NCBI GenBank assembly: GCA_965645245.1
Contig: OZ287079.1
Coordinates: 310,001 to 374,000, forward strand
Origin: Massalongia carnosa
Lineage: Eukaryota
Direction: 5' to 3'
DNA length: 64,000 bases
The notes under the pieces are model-generated. The model ran no database searches, had not been told where the DNA came from, and saw nothing but the letters and a program-made list of their open reading frames with translations. Numbering within the stretch: the stretch's first letter is position 1; every line of letters begins with the position of its first letter. Both the position numbers and the translations under genes were made by a program. Below are positions 23,403 through 36,147 of the stretch, piece after piece.

Positions 23403-26400
23403 TGTGGGTTTACCCCAACTCGTGGCACCAGACGTATGACTACGTCAGTGCTTGAGTTAGATGGTAAAGTTTGTTCTATTAGCTAGTAGCGAGCGTGGGC
23501 TATATACATAGGCGTGTGCCCCTTTTCGGGGTCACGTGGCTGGCTAGGCGTCCCGTGCCTAATACGTGACGCGGGCCTTAATAGCCTCTAGTCGTGCCCA
23601 CAGCCCGTTCTATCTACTGGTGCTACTAACACTGGAACCACTTAGAAAAACGAAATAAACCCCCTCTATGCCTCGATGTTGGGTTGCATCTATGCCTGCT
23701 GTCCCCCTACGCCCGGCTTTGCTTGCCTGTGTGAGGCCTCACATAGCGTCTCACTCAACCCAACTCGCAACTGACATAGCACGGCCTCAGGTTCATTGAA
23801 CATCATCACCCTGCCTTCTTATTGCCGCCCTACAGCCTGATGCCCGTTCTACCCACTCGGTCGTATCTAGGTTGATGCGATTAGTATCAATCACCGTCTT
23901 GAGGGCCAAAGATGCCTTTGTCTTGGTCATGGAGTCGGCGGGGTTGTTGTGGCCATGAATCCATTTCACCTCGGTCACCTCACGTCTCTCTTGTATGACT
24001 GACGGAGACTCATGACATCAATCATTAAGCGTTTCTCCTGGGTCGTCCCGAGTTTTACTAAGCAGTCATATAGCGATTTTGAATCCGTGCAGAGAATCAG
24101 TGGAATGTCGGTTCCGAGAAGTTTGCTGAGGGTTGCCTTTATGACGGCCCCGATATCGAACCCATGTGCCATGCCATATAGCTCGGCGGAGTGGTCCATG
24201 ATAGCGTTCAACTAGACCGATGGAGTGATGCGCTTCGACGGGAACGTTTTTGACAATGATTCCCATGTTTGCAACATATTGTCGGAATTCCCTGGCCATG
24301 AACTGTTTGCCTGCATCGGCCGAGTTGAGGTCGGGGGGGCGGAGATAGGTATCGATCCAACATGCCCGTAGCTGATCCCATACATGTCTGGCCGAAATGT
24401 CCTTCAGCCACCGTCCTGCTTGAAATCGAGTTGCCTCGTCGACTAACTGCAGCACCGCCTTGCCTTCTATGTCGACGACAATGTGGTAATTAAATTCGAC
24501 GTCATCTTTTATGGTAAAACCGAACCTGCCTGGCGACTTTTCGTGCTTCTGACAATGGTGGCAATATTTAACGAGGTATTCTAGGGCTCGAAGGTCGACA
24601 TCATGACCTGATCGCTCGAGAATCTGATGTAGGCGCGAGACTGATGGGTGCCCGAAGCGACAATGTAGTCGACGGAGCTCGGTGGTAGTCAAGAAGCATG
24701 GATTTTCCGAGAATAATTCAATCGCGAGGGCATATGCAGATGTGCACCATAAAAGAAACGCATGACCATACCGGCGAATCACAGGATGAGTATGTTGGGC
24801 CTGAACAACTTGATTGGTTAGGTTATTGAAGAAGGCACCTAGCTTGTCCATGTCGGCGAGGCAGAGGAGAAACGGCGTATTGACTCGTACGATATGAAAG
24901 ACGATTCTTCCTATGGGGGTATTCAGGTTGACCGTGCCGATTGAAGACGTACTACCGATGCCAAAGACGAAATTGCTGACCCAGCCGTTGTCTCGTCGAG
25001 TTTTATCGAGATGATCTTCTGCAAGGCCTTTAGCTGCCCAATGCCACCGGTTGACCGAGTTGCAGCACCGGAATCGATCAGTAGCCCTTTAAATTCGGAC
25101 TCGTCGTAGCGATTGTCGGTTGACGTGATAAAACTGTAGGGCACTGAGACGGGGGCGATGGTATTGTCTGACCAAGATAAGCGATGTTCGAAGGCCTTAT
25201 TGGTCAGCATGTTGATCGCATTAATAGACTCAACTGCATGAAGGGTGCCAATCGAGGTATGAAACATCTCGGTAGCGACCTCTGCATCAAGAGAAGGGTC
25301 CTTTGCCTCGATAGACAGGTCTCCGAAAAAGTGAGCTATTTCGTCTTCATCTTCATCATCATCATCGCCCTCATAATGAGCGATGTATTGACGAAGATTG
25401 CGTTGATAGCCTGAGCGATTTTTGTACTTGGGATGCCTATCTCCCCAGCGCTTCTTGGAGTCCTCCTGTTCTTTCGATGAGTGATTCGTTGACCAGCATC
25501 CTTCTTCGTCGCATACGAAGCAGCGTTTTCGACGCATTGGGCCACGAGACGGGTTTCGAGACTGGTTTCGAGATGAATAGCTTGATCGGTTGAAACGTTG
25601 TCCGCCACGAGAGCGAGGGTTGAAACCGCCTCGGCGATACTGCCGATCAGTGAAGAAAGACTCCTCATCGTCCTCATTCTCGCCTAGATAGCTCCCCTGC
25701 GCGGACTAATGCACCGCTTCGTAATTGACGATTGAGGCATAGAGGTTATTGACCAATCCTGGTGTGTCCTGTGGTGGATTTGTTAAACCGGCCGCGAGTG
25801 CTGGGTGACCTCTACAGGCCCGAATGATGTTTTCTCGCAGATGAATTGACCCGTGGTATGCCATGTTGATGCCTCGTTGTATCGTGTCCAGCTCGGTGCA
25901 TAGCTTTCTGAGACACTCGGTTGTCGACAGCGAGGGGTTGGCCGAGATAACATCGTTTAGGGAGATAATTTGCCACTTTGTCAGATTGTAGCGTTCCCAC
26001 TCGGGCCCTTCAAAGAATGTCCTCATGTTTTGACAGAAATCATCAAACGACGCCGCGGAACCTCGATTTGCATAGTAATGAGTCAATGCCTGACCAGAAA
26101 GCATAATCGAGGCTTCGTAAATGAACGCGATATGAGGTAGTCCGACTCGCCTGCATTTGTCGAGGAATATGGTGAGTTTGAAACCGAAATTGTCGCCCGT
26201 GCCACTAAACTTGTCGTTATCCTTGTAGATTTTCTCTAGCAGAGTCAATTCCTTGGCGTATCGATTGGTCGAGTTCTCCTGAAATTGATGATAAGGCGTT
26301 TGATGCGATGATTGACTCGGAGGTAGTTGTTACGAGATCTGCTGAGTAAATTGTGGGGAGTGCGACGCGAGGGGTGCCTGAGGTATGTACGGATTTGGTG

Positions 26401-27270
26401 ATGCAGACTGATGCAATGGGGTCTGGAGTCTGGTATCCTGGTACGATTGTGTTCTCAGATCCGCAGATAGACCTCGCGAGTTTGCAGCAATGAGATTTAG
26501 GTTATCTGACTCGATGGTGCCCATGAGTTCTCGCTTTCGGTCGAGGGTTTTCTCGGATAGATGTTTATATCGTCCTTGAGCCCATTTAATTTGTTCGAGA
26601 GTCCAGTCCAGTTCCCATTCCGTGTTGATAGCCTTTATCATGAAGGATGCGCGAGTCCTGCCGGGCCCGTAGTTGTGATCGATCCAAATGCCGTGTTGAT
26701 AGCAGTAGGCCTTTACGAGTTCCCAGGTGTCTCGATCGAATTTGTTGAAATGCTCCTCTTTGAAGTGCTCGAAGTTTCCCTGGACGATATTCCATAGATA
26801 GTAGTCCTCGTAGTCATTGTCTGCGTATCTTTGGAAGTGATATTTAACATATTTCTTGATAGTCTCGGCATCGGCCGTCTCCGGATCGATGCCGTTGGGA
26901 AAGGGATTTGTTGACTCGATTGACCCGATCGCGTTTTGGGCGCTCGGTGCAACGCTCGGAGAACCTGCCATCGTCAGCGATAGTGAGGTTTTTCAGGTCT
27001 TAATGATTGGGGTATTCTGATCTGAATAGCTAAACTGATCAGTGTGGGTTTACCCCAACTCGTGGCACCAGACGTATGACTACGTCAGTGCTTGAGTTGG
27101 ATGGTAAAGTTGTTCTATTAGCTAGTAGCGAGCGTGGGCTATATACATAGGCGTGTGCCCCTTTTCGGGGTCACGTGGCTGGCTAGGCGTCCCGTGCCTT
27201 ATACGTGACGCGGGCCTTAATAGCCTCTAGTCGTGCCCACAGCCCGTTCTATCTACTGGTGCTACTAACA
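23403..27270 (-). mobile_element. Copia (GalEa-type) LTR retrotransposon, internally deleted and non-autonomous
   Basis: LTRs 23403-23631 and 27043-27270 have about 3 differences. ATTAT TSD, and a palindrome CTGATCAG next to the 5' LTR. Confidence 0.9.
23793..26971 (-). pseudogene. GalEa-type gag-pol remnant lacking reverse transcriptase
   Basis: CFVCDEEGCWSTNH knuckle, LIDSGAA protease, LRRLHCRFGHP, integrase core, and RNase [27 protein letters not shown]. Stops and frameshifts are present. Confidence 0.85.
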
Positions 27271-28329
27271 ATTATTTATACATTGAGTAATACTCTGAAT
27301 AGCAACAGCGCCTTGCCATTCAATCTTTTCTCTATTGCTTCTTATTCTTCCCCTGCTCCTGCTGCTGCTGCTACTATTGTTTATTACGCTTTTCTTTTGT
27401 GCTAGAGACGAAAACGTTCGTGTTGATAAAGCCGCAGGAAGATATCAAATGTGGGAAACCGGTATATTACAATTCTAGATTCCGCAGCGATACTGAGTCA
27501 GATGGAACAAAGGGGTTGATCCTCAAGGAATGGAGGCAGCTAGGAGTCATTCTCATAGACATCGGTCTTGATGCAAGAGTGTCATGCATCATCACTGAGT
27601 AGCAGTAGTCTAATATTAAGTTGCGCAACGCAGCTCTCGAGCAGAAATTTCTCCTCTACTCCGTAAGTACAAATATTGCGCTCGCTTGATAGCATATAGT
27701 TGGATATCAGCTCGGACTGGATAGAACTAGTCGATCATTGACCTACATACTGTAGGTTGTTAATCAGGTCGCTAAACGCGGGTGTTCAACCGCACAGTTG
27801 AGATGTTCAAACTATTCCGTAAACTCTGTAGCTTTAAAACCGGTTTTAAATATCCGTGGCGACGGCGAGAACAGCCACTTTAACCTCTCTTCTGCAACTA
27901 CTGTAATATTTATGCTCCGTGACGCTTTTATCAGGGTATAAGCGTGCTGCATCGATACAACCTAGTGCTCCAGCAAAGTTGATAGTAAGGACTGAGTCCG
28001 ATCTTTGTTCAATAAATTCCCTTAACCTATTCGCTTTTTCAAAATAACGTACATAACATATCACTTACAGCCACATTTCTCAATTAATTGATCGACCATT
28101 ATAGCGTGCAAAGGTTTGGGAACATTGTAGCCAATCCTCAACTGTCCCGCATGATGTCGTCCATGTAAGCATCATGACAAGCATTAAGGTGGTCCCACAT
28201 AGCTTGTGAGACTTGAAACTTCGGTGTTCTTTACCCAGTTTTCCGATGCATTTTCAGCAATATCAGCAAATTCCATGAGTGTCGGACATGCCAAGGGCAG
28301 ACGGCCGCCGTATGAATTCTAGGCGATGG

Positions 28330-28590
28330 ACGATGCCCAGGCTCAAGCGACGCCGGCTACTTGCGGAAATTGATGAAAATTACACCAAAAGAAGGCGTGC
28401 ATGTTAAACCAGATGGCAATGCAGGAGCTGCGAGCCATGTTGCAAAAAGGAGGCATGTTGGGACATTTTACATAGATGCTTGGGGGGATAAGGGGTAATT
28501 GAGGTGTTGTACTCCGTACCCATTATCGTCGAGAAGGGGAAATTTAGTAAATCTAATTGATCAGATTAAAGTTATTAGTCATTACCCGGA
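28330..28590 (+). mobile_element. 3' fragment of a piggyBac-like element
   Basis: Diverged reverse-complement match to 56020-56270 (Cys-rich tail CCKKEACWDILHR and the following subterminal sequence). Confidence 0.65.
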
Positions 28591-28692
28591 GACGAACAGG
28601 CGAAGGGATAACGCACAAGTCCCCTGCAATGTTTCGCGCTCGCAAAAATGCTGCAGGGATATGTACTCCGTAATAAATCTACCAATACTGTA

Positions 28693-30252
28693 ATCGTCGG
28701 CTCGTTTAGCTCCGTTGGATCCGACTAAAAGGCGTTCGCCTTCTAGTCGGAGAAAGCGAAGCATCCCGGCAAGCGATGCATCCTGCCAAAATCAGAAAAT
28801 TTTCAACTTTTTCAACTTTTCTCAGCAACCACCTTGATTTATTGATTCTATATTTCATGAAAAGCTCGAAAGGTATCGTCATCATCAAAGCCGTGATTAA
28901 AATCATCCCCCTGACCCCCCTGACCCCCCTGATCCCCCTGACCATTCTGATCATTCTGATCTTCCGCATACCCCGCATACCCCGCATCTTCCCCATCCCA
29001 ATCATCTCCCGGTTCGAAACCTGGATCGAAAGATACGAAATCATCACGCAGCCATGCTTCTTCTTCTGGAATGTCCGGAATATCTTCATTTCTAGTCCCA
29101 GCCTCATCTACAATAAACGTGACGTCTTCTCCATCATTGGCATTGGCACTGGCACATGGATTCTTCCTGGCTTCCTTTTTCGCCTCCTCAGCTATCCACA
29201 CATGATTCGTTGCCTTCCATAATGCCTCGGGGTCAGGAATTGCCTCATACATCTCAGCTGGAATGGCATCGAATCCTTCTGCATTTCTTTCAGTCTTTTG
29301 ACGCGATCTCTTTCTGCCTTTCGAGCAGCAACCCCCTTGACGTGAATGTCGTCTCTTTCACCTCGCCATAATCTCATGAAGTTATTGTCCGCCCGTTTCT
29401 TCTCAGCCTCCTCTTCCTGTCAAGTTTTTATAGCTATAGCTTCATCCGCATCTTCCTTTGTAAGTCCCAATTTTCCTGTTTCGGGCTTCAATCGCTTGCG
29501 AGATAGTTTCCGACCATGCAACTGTTGCATTCTTGTCTTTTGCCACATTGTCAGTCCTGCCTCTTTGAGAATCGATTTCGAAACGACTTCGCTAGTGTTG
29601 GTGACGAAGGAATTAAATTCCTCAGCACGGACAGGATCGCTCCATTGCATGAATTTCTGAATTTTAGGGGGAGGCGTTGGAACAATCCATGGTTGGTTTG
29701 GCAGACTGAAAATGCGACGAAGGTTAAATGCTGGGAAATGCGACGGAGGCGATACAGTGCTGCAAATAAGGTAATTGAGATGTTATTTTACCGTGTAGCA
29801 CGTCGACCTAGATAGAAATCTAATAGGGACTATGTACGAAAACTAGTAAGATGAAGAAAGAAAGCTATGTACAGATCGCCGGTTAATAAACACTCATACC
29901 CGTGCTAAGCCTAATGCAGGTTTTCATCACCGTCGTTGAACTGCTCATACCACGCGTGTTAATAATGTCGCTACAAGCAGTGCTTAATCCGTTTTCAGTT
30001 AGATAAGGTGAATAGCACTACGTCATGTGTTGCCTGAGGTTAGAGCGTTGTAATCCGTGACATACCGAATAAATGCTGCAAGGGCTACACGTATCAATTT
30101 TTGAAATTTAGAATCAATAAATCAAGGTGGTTGCTGAGAAAAGTTAAAAAAGTTGAAAATTTTCTGATTTTGGCAGGATGCATCGCTTGCCGGGATGCTT
30201 CGCTTTCCCCGACTAGAAGGCGAACACCTTTTAGTCGAAACGAGCCGACGAT
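28693..30252 (-). mobile_element. Non-autonomous pogo family A variant (A2) with ~160-bp TIRs
   Basis: TA|ATCGTCGGCTCG ... CGAGCCGACGAT|TA. Only the transposase C-terminus is retained (28850-29670), plus ~430 bp of unrelated filler. Confidence 0.88.
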
Positions 30253-31721
30253 TAATCGTCGGCTCGCTTACCTCCGGGATCCGACTTGAAAAAATGTCGA
30301 CCGCATTTTAGTCGGGGAAAGCGGTTGCATCCCGGAAAGCGGTTGCATCCCGGAAAGCGGTTGCATCCCGGAAAGCGGTTGCATCCCCTCAAATTCAAAT
30401 TTCTTCATCTTTTTGATCATTGACCAACAACCACATTGATTAAAAATCTGCCGATACCGTACATAGCTTGAAAATCATCGCCGTCATCATCACCGTCGTC
30501 AAAAACATTTCCCTTGAACCCCCCTGACCCCCTGACCTTCGTGATTCTCCGCTTACTCCGCATACCCCGCATGCCCCGCATTCTACCAATCATTCGCATC
30601 TCCTGGTTGAAAAGATGCTTTCAAATCGAATTCTTTCAATGATTCTTCCAAATCGAAAGATACGAAATCATCTCGTTGCCATGTTTCTTCTTCTGGAAGA
30701 TCTGGAAGGATTGAATTATCTCCATGACCAGTGCTATCTACGATAAACGTGACATCTTCCTATTGACATTAGCACGCGGATTCTTTCTAATTTCCTTCTT
30801 CGCTTCCTCAACTATCCATACCTCATTCGTGGCCTTCCATAATGCCTCGGAGTCAGGAATCTTCTCATACATCTCAATTGGAATGGGACCGAGCATTTTC
30901 TGCATTTCTTTCAGCTGTTTGACTCGATCTCTTTCTGCTTTTCGAGCAGCCAATCCCTTGACATGCATTTCGTCTCTTTCTATTCGCCATAGCTTCAAAA
31001 AGCTATTATTCGCTCGTTTCTCCTCAGCCTCTTGATCCTGTTGTAGTCTGATGGCTATAACCTGCTTTGCATCTTCCGTTGTGATTCTCAATCTTCCGGT
31101 TTCTGGTCTCAGACGTTTACGAGACATTTGTTCTGGTCGAGGCATGAAATTTTTTTTTTTCATGAATCAACTACGTTACTTTATGAATAAGCCGGTTCTT
31201 TTGTAAACTGACCGGCCATTCATAAATGGACGTCTATTTATGAATGACCCAGTTTATTGATGAAAACATGACTCGACTAACTGCCGCTTTTAAAAAGATG
31301 CATTGCATTGCATCTGCCTGGATCTAGCTGTATGTCAAGGACTGGGTTGGGATTGAACTAATATTTCTAGAATTGGATTGGGTGATCAAGATGTCTTTAT
31401 TAATGAAGCTATAGCTAGGGGATGGTTTGCTACACCAGACGTCGGACGAGGAGTCAACTATCTACTGGATATGTCCTCTTTTTATACCTGAGCCAGCCCC
31501 TTCTTTCTCATGTTTTACCTTCACCCTAGATGAGAGATTTGGTGATAGTGGCGACGATAAGGTGGAGCGATAAGTGAGCCAGTGGATGTGATAAGATTGG
31601 TGGAGTGGAGTAAGGGGGTTGTTTATTTAGACTCATACCGAGGATGAATCTGAATAGGCTTTCAGGTGGCTTTTACCTCGATCGCCGCTTGGCGATTCCG
31701 GGTAATCAATTAGGTTTTAAC

Positions 31722-34700
31722 TCAAACTTTGATTTCATGACAGTAGCTCCCCCTTCGAAGGCTGAGCTCCTGCGATTCTGGTTCAGTCATGACACTGACA
31801 TCGAGGAATGAGACAGGGATTATGTGAGGCCCTATGGCATGAGGGTAAGCTTCATGAAATTCATCGATTGCTTGCTGACAGTTTGTTAGCAGGTTAAAAG
31901 GTTCCCATGTCATAGGATGTCCTTTCCAACTCACAAGATATTTGAGGAGCGGTGGTTGATAACGTCGATCCGTCTTTGAGTTGAGAATACTGTTGACATA
32001 CCACTCGCGCTGACCGTCTGTACCGACTATAGGGTTTCGAGGTTCGTGAAGTTGGCCAGGAAGAGGATCGTCTGCATCGTGCTGCAGAAGGTTGACATGA
32101 AAAACGGGATGAACTTGTAGCGTGTCGGGAAGTTCAAGCTGAACGATAAGAGGATTGGAAAATACTTTGGTGACCCTATAGGGGCCGGCGTGTCGATCAT
32201 TCAGTTTGGCTGCCGGTCGGGCTGTCTGAATGTTTCGAGTATTTAACCAAACCATATCATCCACGAGATAGCGGGGGCACGGGCGACGATTCTCGTTGGC
32301 GGTGGCTTCGTAGGAGGCTTGTGCGATTAACATTTCGTCATGAAGATGAGTATCTACATCCTTCATCTTATCCACGAACTGATTAGCGGCAACTAGGTTG
32401 GCTCTTCCTTGAGCGGTCAGATCATTGGGTAGAGGTTCTTCGGGCTCGAATCCTACTCGAGGATGTTGTCCATGATTGGCTAGGAAGGGAGAAGCGAGGA
32501 TACTGGATGAGTCGGTGTTGTTGCTAGCGAATTCAGCACCTGGTAAGTACTGAGCCCAGTCGTCTTGCATATAATTGACATAAGCTCGAAGATAGTGCTC
32601 CATGGTCACATTAGCCCTTTCGGTTTGGCCGTCGGTTTCAGGGTGAAGGCTGGTTGATAGCCTAGCATCAATCTTAAGACGTTTACACATGAGTTCCCAG
32701 AAGTCGGAGGTGAACAGTGTGCCTCGATCAGAGGTCAAGACGTCGGGGAGTCCGTGTAATTTCCACACGTTCTGATAGAAGGAGTTGGCAGCTTCTTCTG
32801 CCTCCATGGAGGTGGTGGGGACAAAGTGTCGCATCTTGGAGAGACGGTCGATGAAGACCAGAACATATCGATAGGTGACACCCATGAAGGTACTAGGAGG
32901 CAGTGGTCCTACATAGTCTATAGAAACATCACGCCATCGACGTTCAGGCGGGGATAGAGGACGCAGCCAGCCTTGATATCGCTGACGGGACGGTTTGGAT
33001 CGCTTACAGGTGTGACAGTTGCGAATGAATCTTTTTACGGTTTGATGCATATTGGGCCACCAGTACGATCGACTCATCAACTCATAACACTTGGAGCGGC
33101 CAGGATGACCACCCGCTACACTGTCGTGGGCATGCTGGATGAGACGAAGTCTCAGGCGATCTGACTTGGGTACGTACTTGCCGTCGCGAAAATAAAGAAC
33201 TCCATCTCTATTCTCATACTCGGCTAGCTGAATTTTCGGATGATGACGGACGTTGTCATGGAGTGCGTCTAGGAGTTTTGATGCGAATTGATCTGGAAGT
33301 TGAGCCTGTTCCCATAACAGTTGAGTGGGGACATCTAGAGGGTCTTGATCGGGATCGACTTGATCGGTAGGTTGATCCAACTGGGGTTCGTCAGCTCGGT
33401 CGGGTTCGATGAGCTCGGGATCGGGTTCAATGAACTCGGGGTCGTGTTCGATGGACGCAGGGGCTAGCATTATGGTGGAGAGGAAGCTTGCTGCAACTTT
33501 ATCATCTAGGTTGTGAGTTTTCAGTATGGTTTGATGCTGGTATTTTTGTCTTTCGTCGGTTTCATCCCCCTCTTTAGGGAGATCTCCTGATCGACGAGTT
33601 AATGCATCTGGCTTTCCTCCAGCTTTTCCGGGTCGATAGACTATTTTAAAGTCAAAACGAGACAAGAATTCAGACCAACGGGCCTGTCTGCGACTGAGTT
33701 GCTTGGTGGAAGAGAAGTATTCCAAGTTTTTATGGTCTGAAATTACGCTAATGGGAAAAGCAGAGCCTTCCAACTCGGGTCTCCATTCTTCAAAGCAACA
33801 GACGATGGCCATTAACTCTTTGTCGTAGATCTCGTAGTTGCATTCGGCCGGATTGTGTTTTTTGGAGAATTAGGCGATGGGGCGCAGCACGTTTTCATCA
33901 TCATATTGCGAGAGAATACCAGCGGAGACATAATCGGAAGCGTCAGTTTCGACGATGATGGGTTTGTCAGGGTTGAAATGCATAAGCACTTTTTCGGAGG
34001 TAAAAGCCTTTTTGAGAGTATTGAAAACTTGCTGACATTGATCAGTCCAGTTGAACTCGACTTCCTTCTTGGTTAGATTCGTTAGTAGACTGGCTATATT
34101 ACTGAAGCCATAGATGAATCTTCTATAGAAGTTAGCGAATCCCAAAAAGCTTTGAACATCCTTCATGTTGATCGGGGTTGGCCAGTTGGTAACGGTTTCG
34201 ACTCTGGCAGGATCTATTCTGATACCCTTGGTGGTTACGATTAATCCTAGATATGCAACCTCTTTAACATGGAATTTGGATTTGGTAATGTCGCATTGTA
34301 GCCCGTTTTCTATCAATTTGTTGAGAACTCTTCTGACATGAATCTCGTGTTCGCCTTCGATTTCACTATAGATGAGGATATCATCGAGATAGGCTGTACA
34401 GAAATCGTCAAGAAACTCTCGAAGAATGTCGTTGATGAAATGTTGAAAAGAGGCGGGTCCGTTGCACAGACCGAAAGGCAAGACCAGGGATTCGAATAGG
34501 CCGAAACGAGTTCGAAAGGCGGTGAGTTCCTCATCCCCCTCTTTGATTCGAAGGCGATTAAAGGCTGCAATGATATCTAACTTGGTGAATATCTTGGCCC
34601 TGGCTAATCGATGCAGGGTTTCAGCAATCAGGGGAAGTGGATATCGATTTTTTACGGTGACTGCATTGAGACCTCGATAGTCCACGCAAAAGCGAAGTCC

Positions 34701-36147
34701 TCCTCCCGGCTTTTTTACGAACATAACCGGGGACGTGGCGGGCGATTTGCTCGCTCGAATGAAACCTTTAGCCAGGTTCTCATCCAGATAGCGACGAAGT
34801 TCTTGAATTTCATCACGGCTCATGCCGTAAAGAGCTTGATTGGGTACCTGAAAGCCTTCTTTTAGCTTGATGGCATGGTCATAAGGTCGATGATCGGCTA
34901 AGACGTCAGAGTCTTTTTTGGAGAAGGCGTGCAATAGGTCGTGGTATTGCTTGGGCAGGAGGAGGGCTGGATCGACGTTTTTCTGCTTGCGATATTCGTC
35001 TAATTCTTGGGCGGTCACTGATGTCTGCAGTGTCAGGGCTTGGTTCATGCAAAACAGGGCTAGATGCTAGATGAAGTTCCTTTTCACTAGGACTGTGACG
35101 CGGGTTGGGTTAATAGGTTGGTTTTGGTTTATTCAGACTGCTATGGCGACTGAATTCGGTTGCAGATTGGATTTCGGTTTTGGGTTCGGTTGGGGTCACT
35201 CCGAGGAAGCGATCGATTTCTTTCAAGGAGAGGCTAAACATCTCGTGGTTTTCTTTGCGTCCGAGACGATTGAAGTTCATGGCGCTTATCTCGCAGATGT
35301 CCATGACTGAGGGTTTGATTTTTTGCTGAGCGGCGCGTCTTTCGACCGACGTTCGTTTGGAGGGGGGGCTTCGGTATCGAATTTTTGGTGGGTTGCCTTG
35401 TTCAATCGCTTACGGAGGTCTCCTGGCCGACGTTTTCGGGCGTGATTGTGATTGTTGAGGTTTCGATTGAGGCTGGATTTATGTCCTCGGATTTCCACAC
35501 CTCCTGACTTTCAGCAGGCGAAAGAAATTCTTCCTCAGTATGAGCTTGTACTTTGACCGGATGAGGACAGCAGTGAGCGAGGCAGAAAGGAGACGCCAAT
35601 GATAGAGAGTTGGTGTTGAAATCGATATGGGCTTGATGCCGACGCAGCCACGGGTGTCCGAGAACAATGGGGTATGTTTTCAATCCAGTTACGAAGAGAA
35701 TCATTTTTCCGTGTGTCCGTTTAGATCCATGATTACTTCGGCCGCATGAGTGATGTTTCCAGTCAGGGCCGGCTGACCGTCAAACCCTTCGAGGCGTCGA
35801 GCGTATTTCAGAGGATGAAGAGGGATTTGATGAGTTTGCGCGAATTTCTTGTCAATGAATGCATAGCCGGATGCACCACAGTCAATCAAATTAAGAGTTT
35901 GAATTCGAGATCTACCGAGACGTAAAGTACATGAAACCACTAAGTGGCTATCTCTAAACGCCTCTTCAGACTCAAATTGCTCCAAAGCGGTTGCTGCAGA
36001 AAACCGAGTGTTTGATCGGAAGGGGGGAGAAAAAGAATTGGCTAGCAGACAAGAAGAAATGAGAAATGGTTCCTGCACGCGACGATGCGCAGGACCTAGG
36101 CTTTTGAGTCTTCGAGCTCGGAAATGGAGGTCGTATCTGATGAGCAA
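31722..36147 (-). pseudogene. Gypsy pol (protease, RT, RNase H, integrase, chromodomain) with frameshifts and one stop
   Basis: LIDCGA, YLDD, ETDASD, HPG..CHTC, GPY/F, and a chromodomain EWYVNSIL..YLVSWKG..TWEP. Frameshift at ~35703 and TAA at 33870. Confidence 0.92.
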
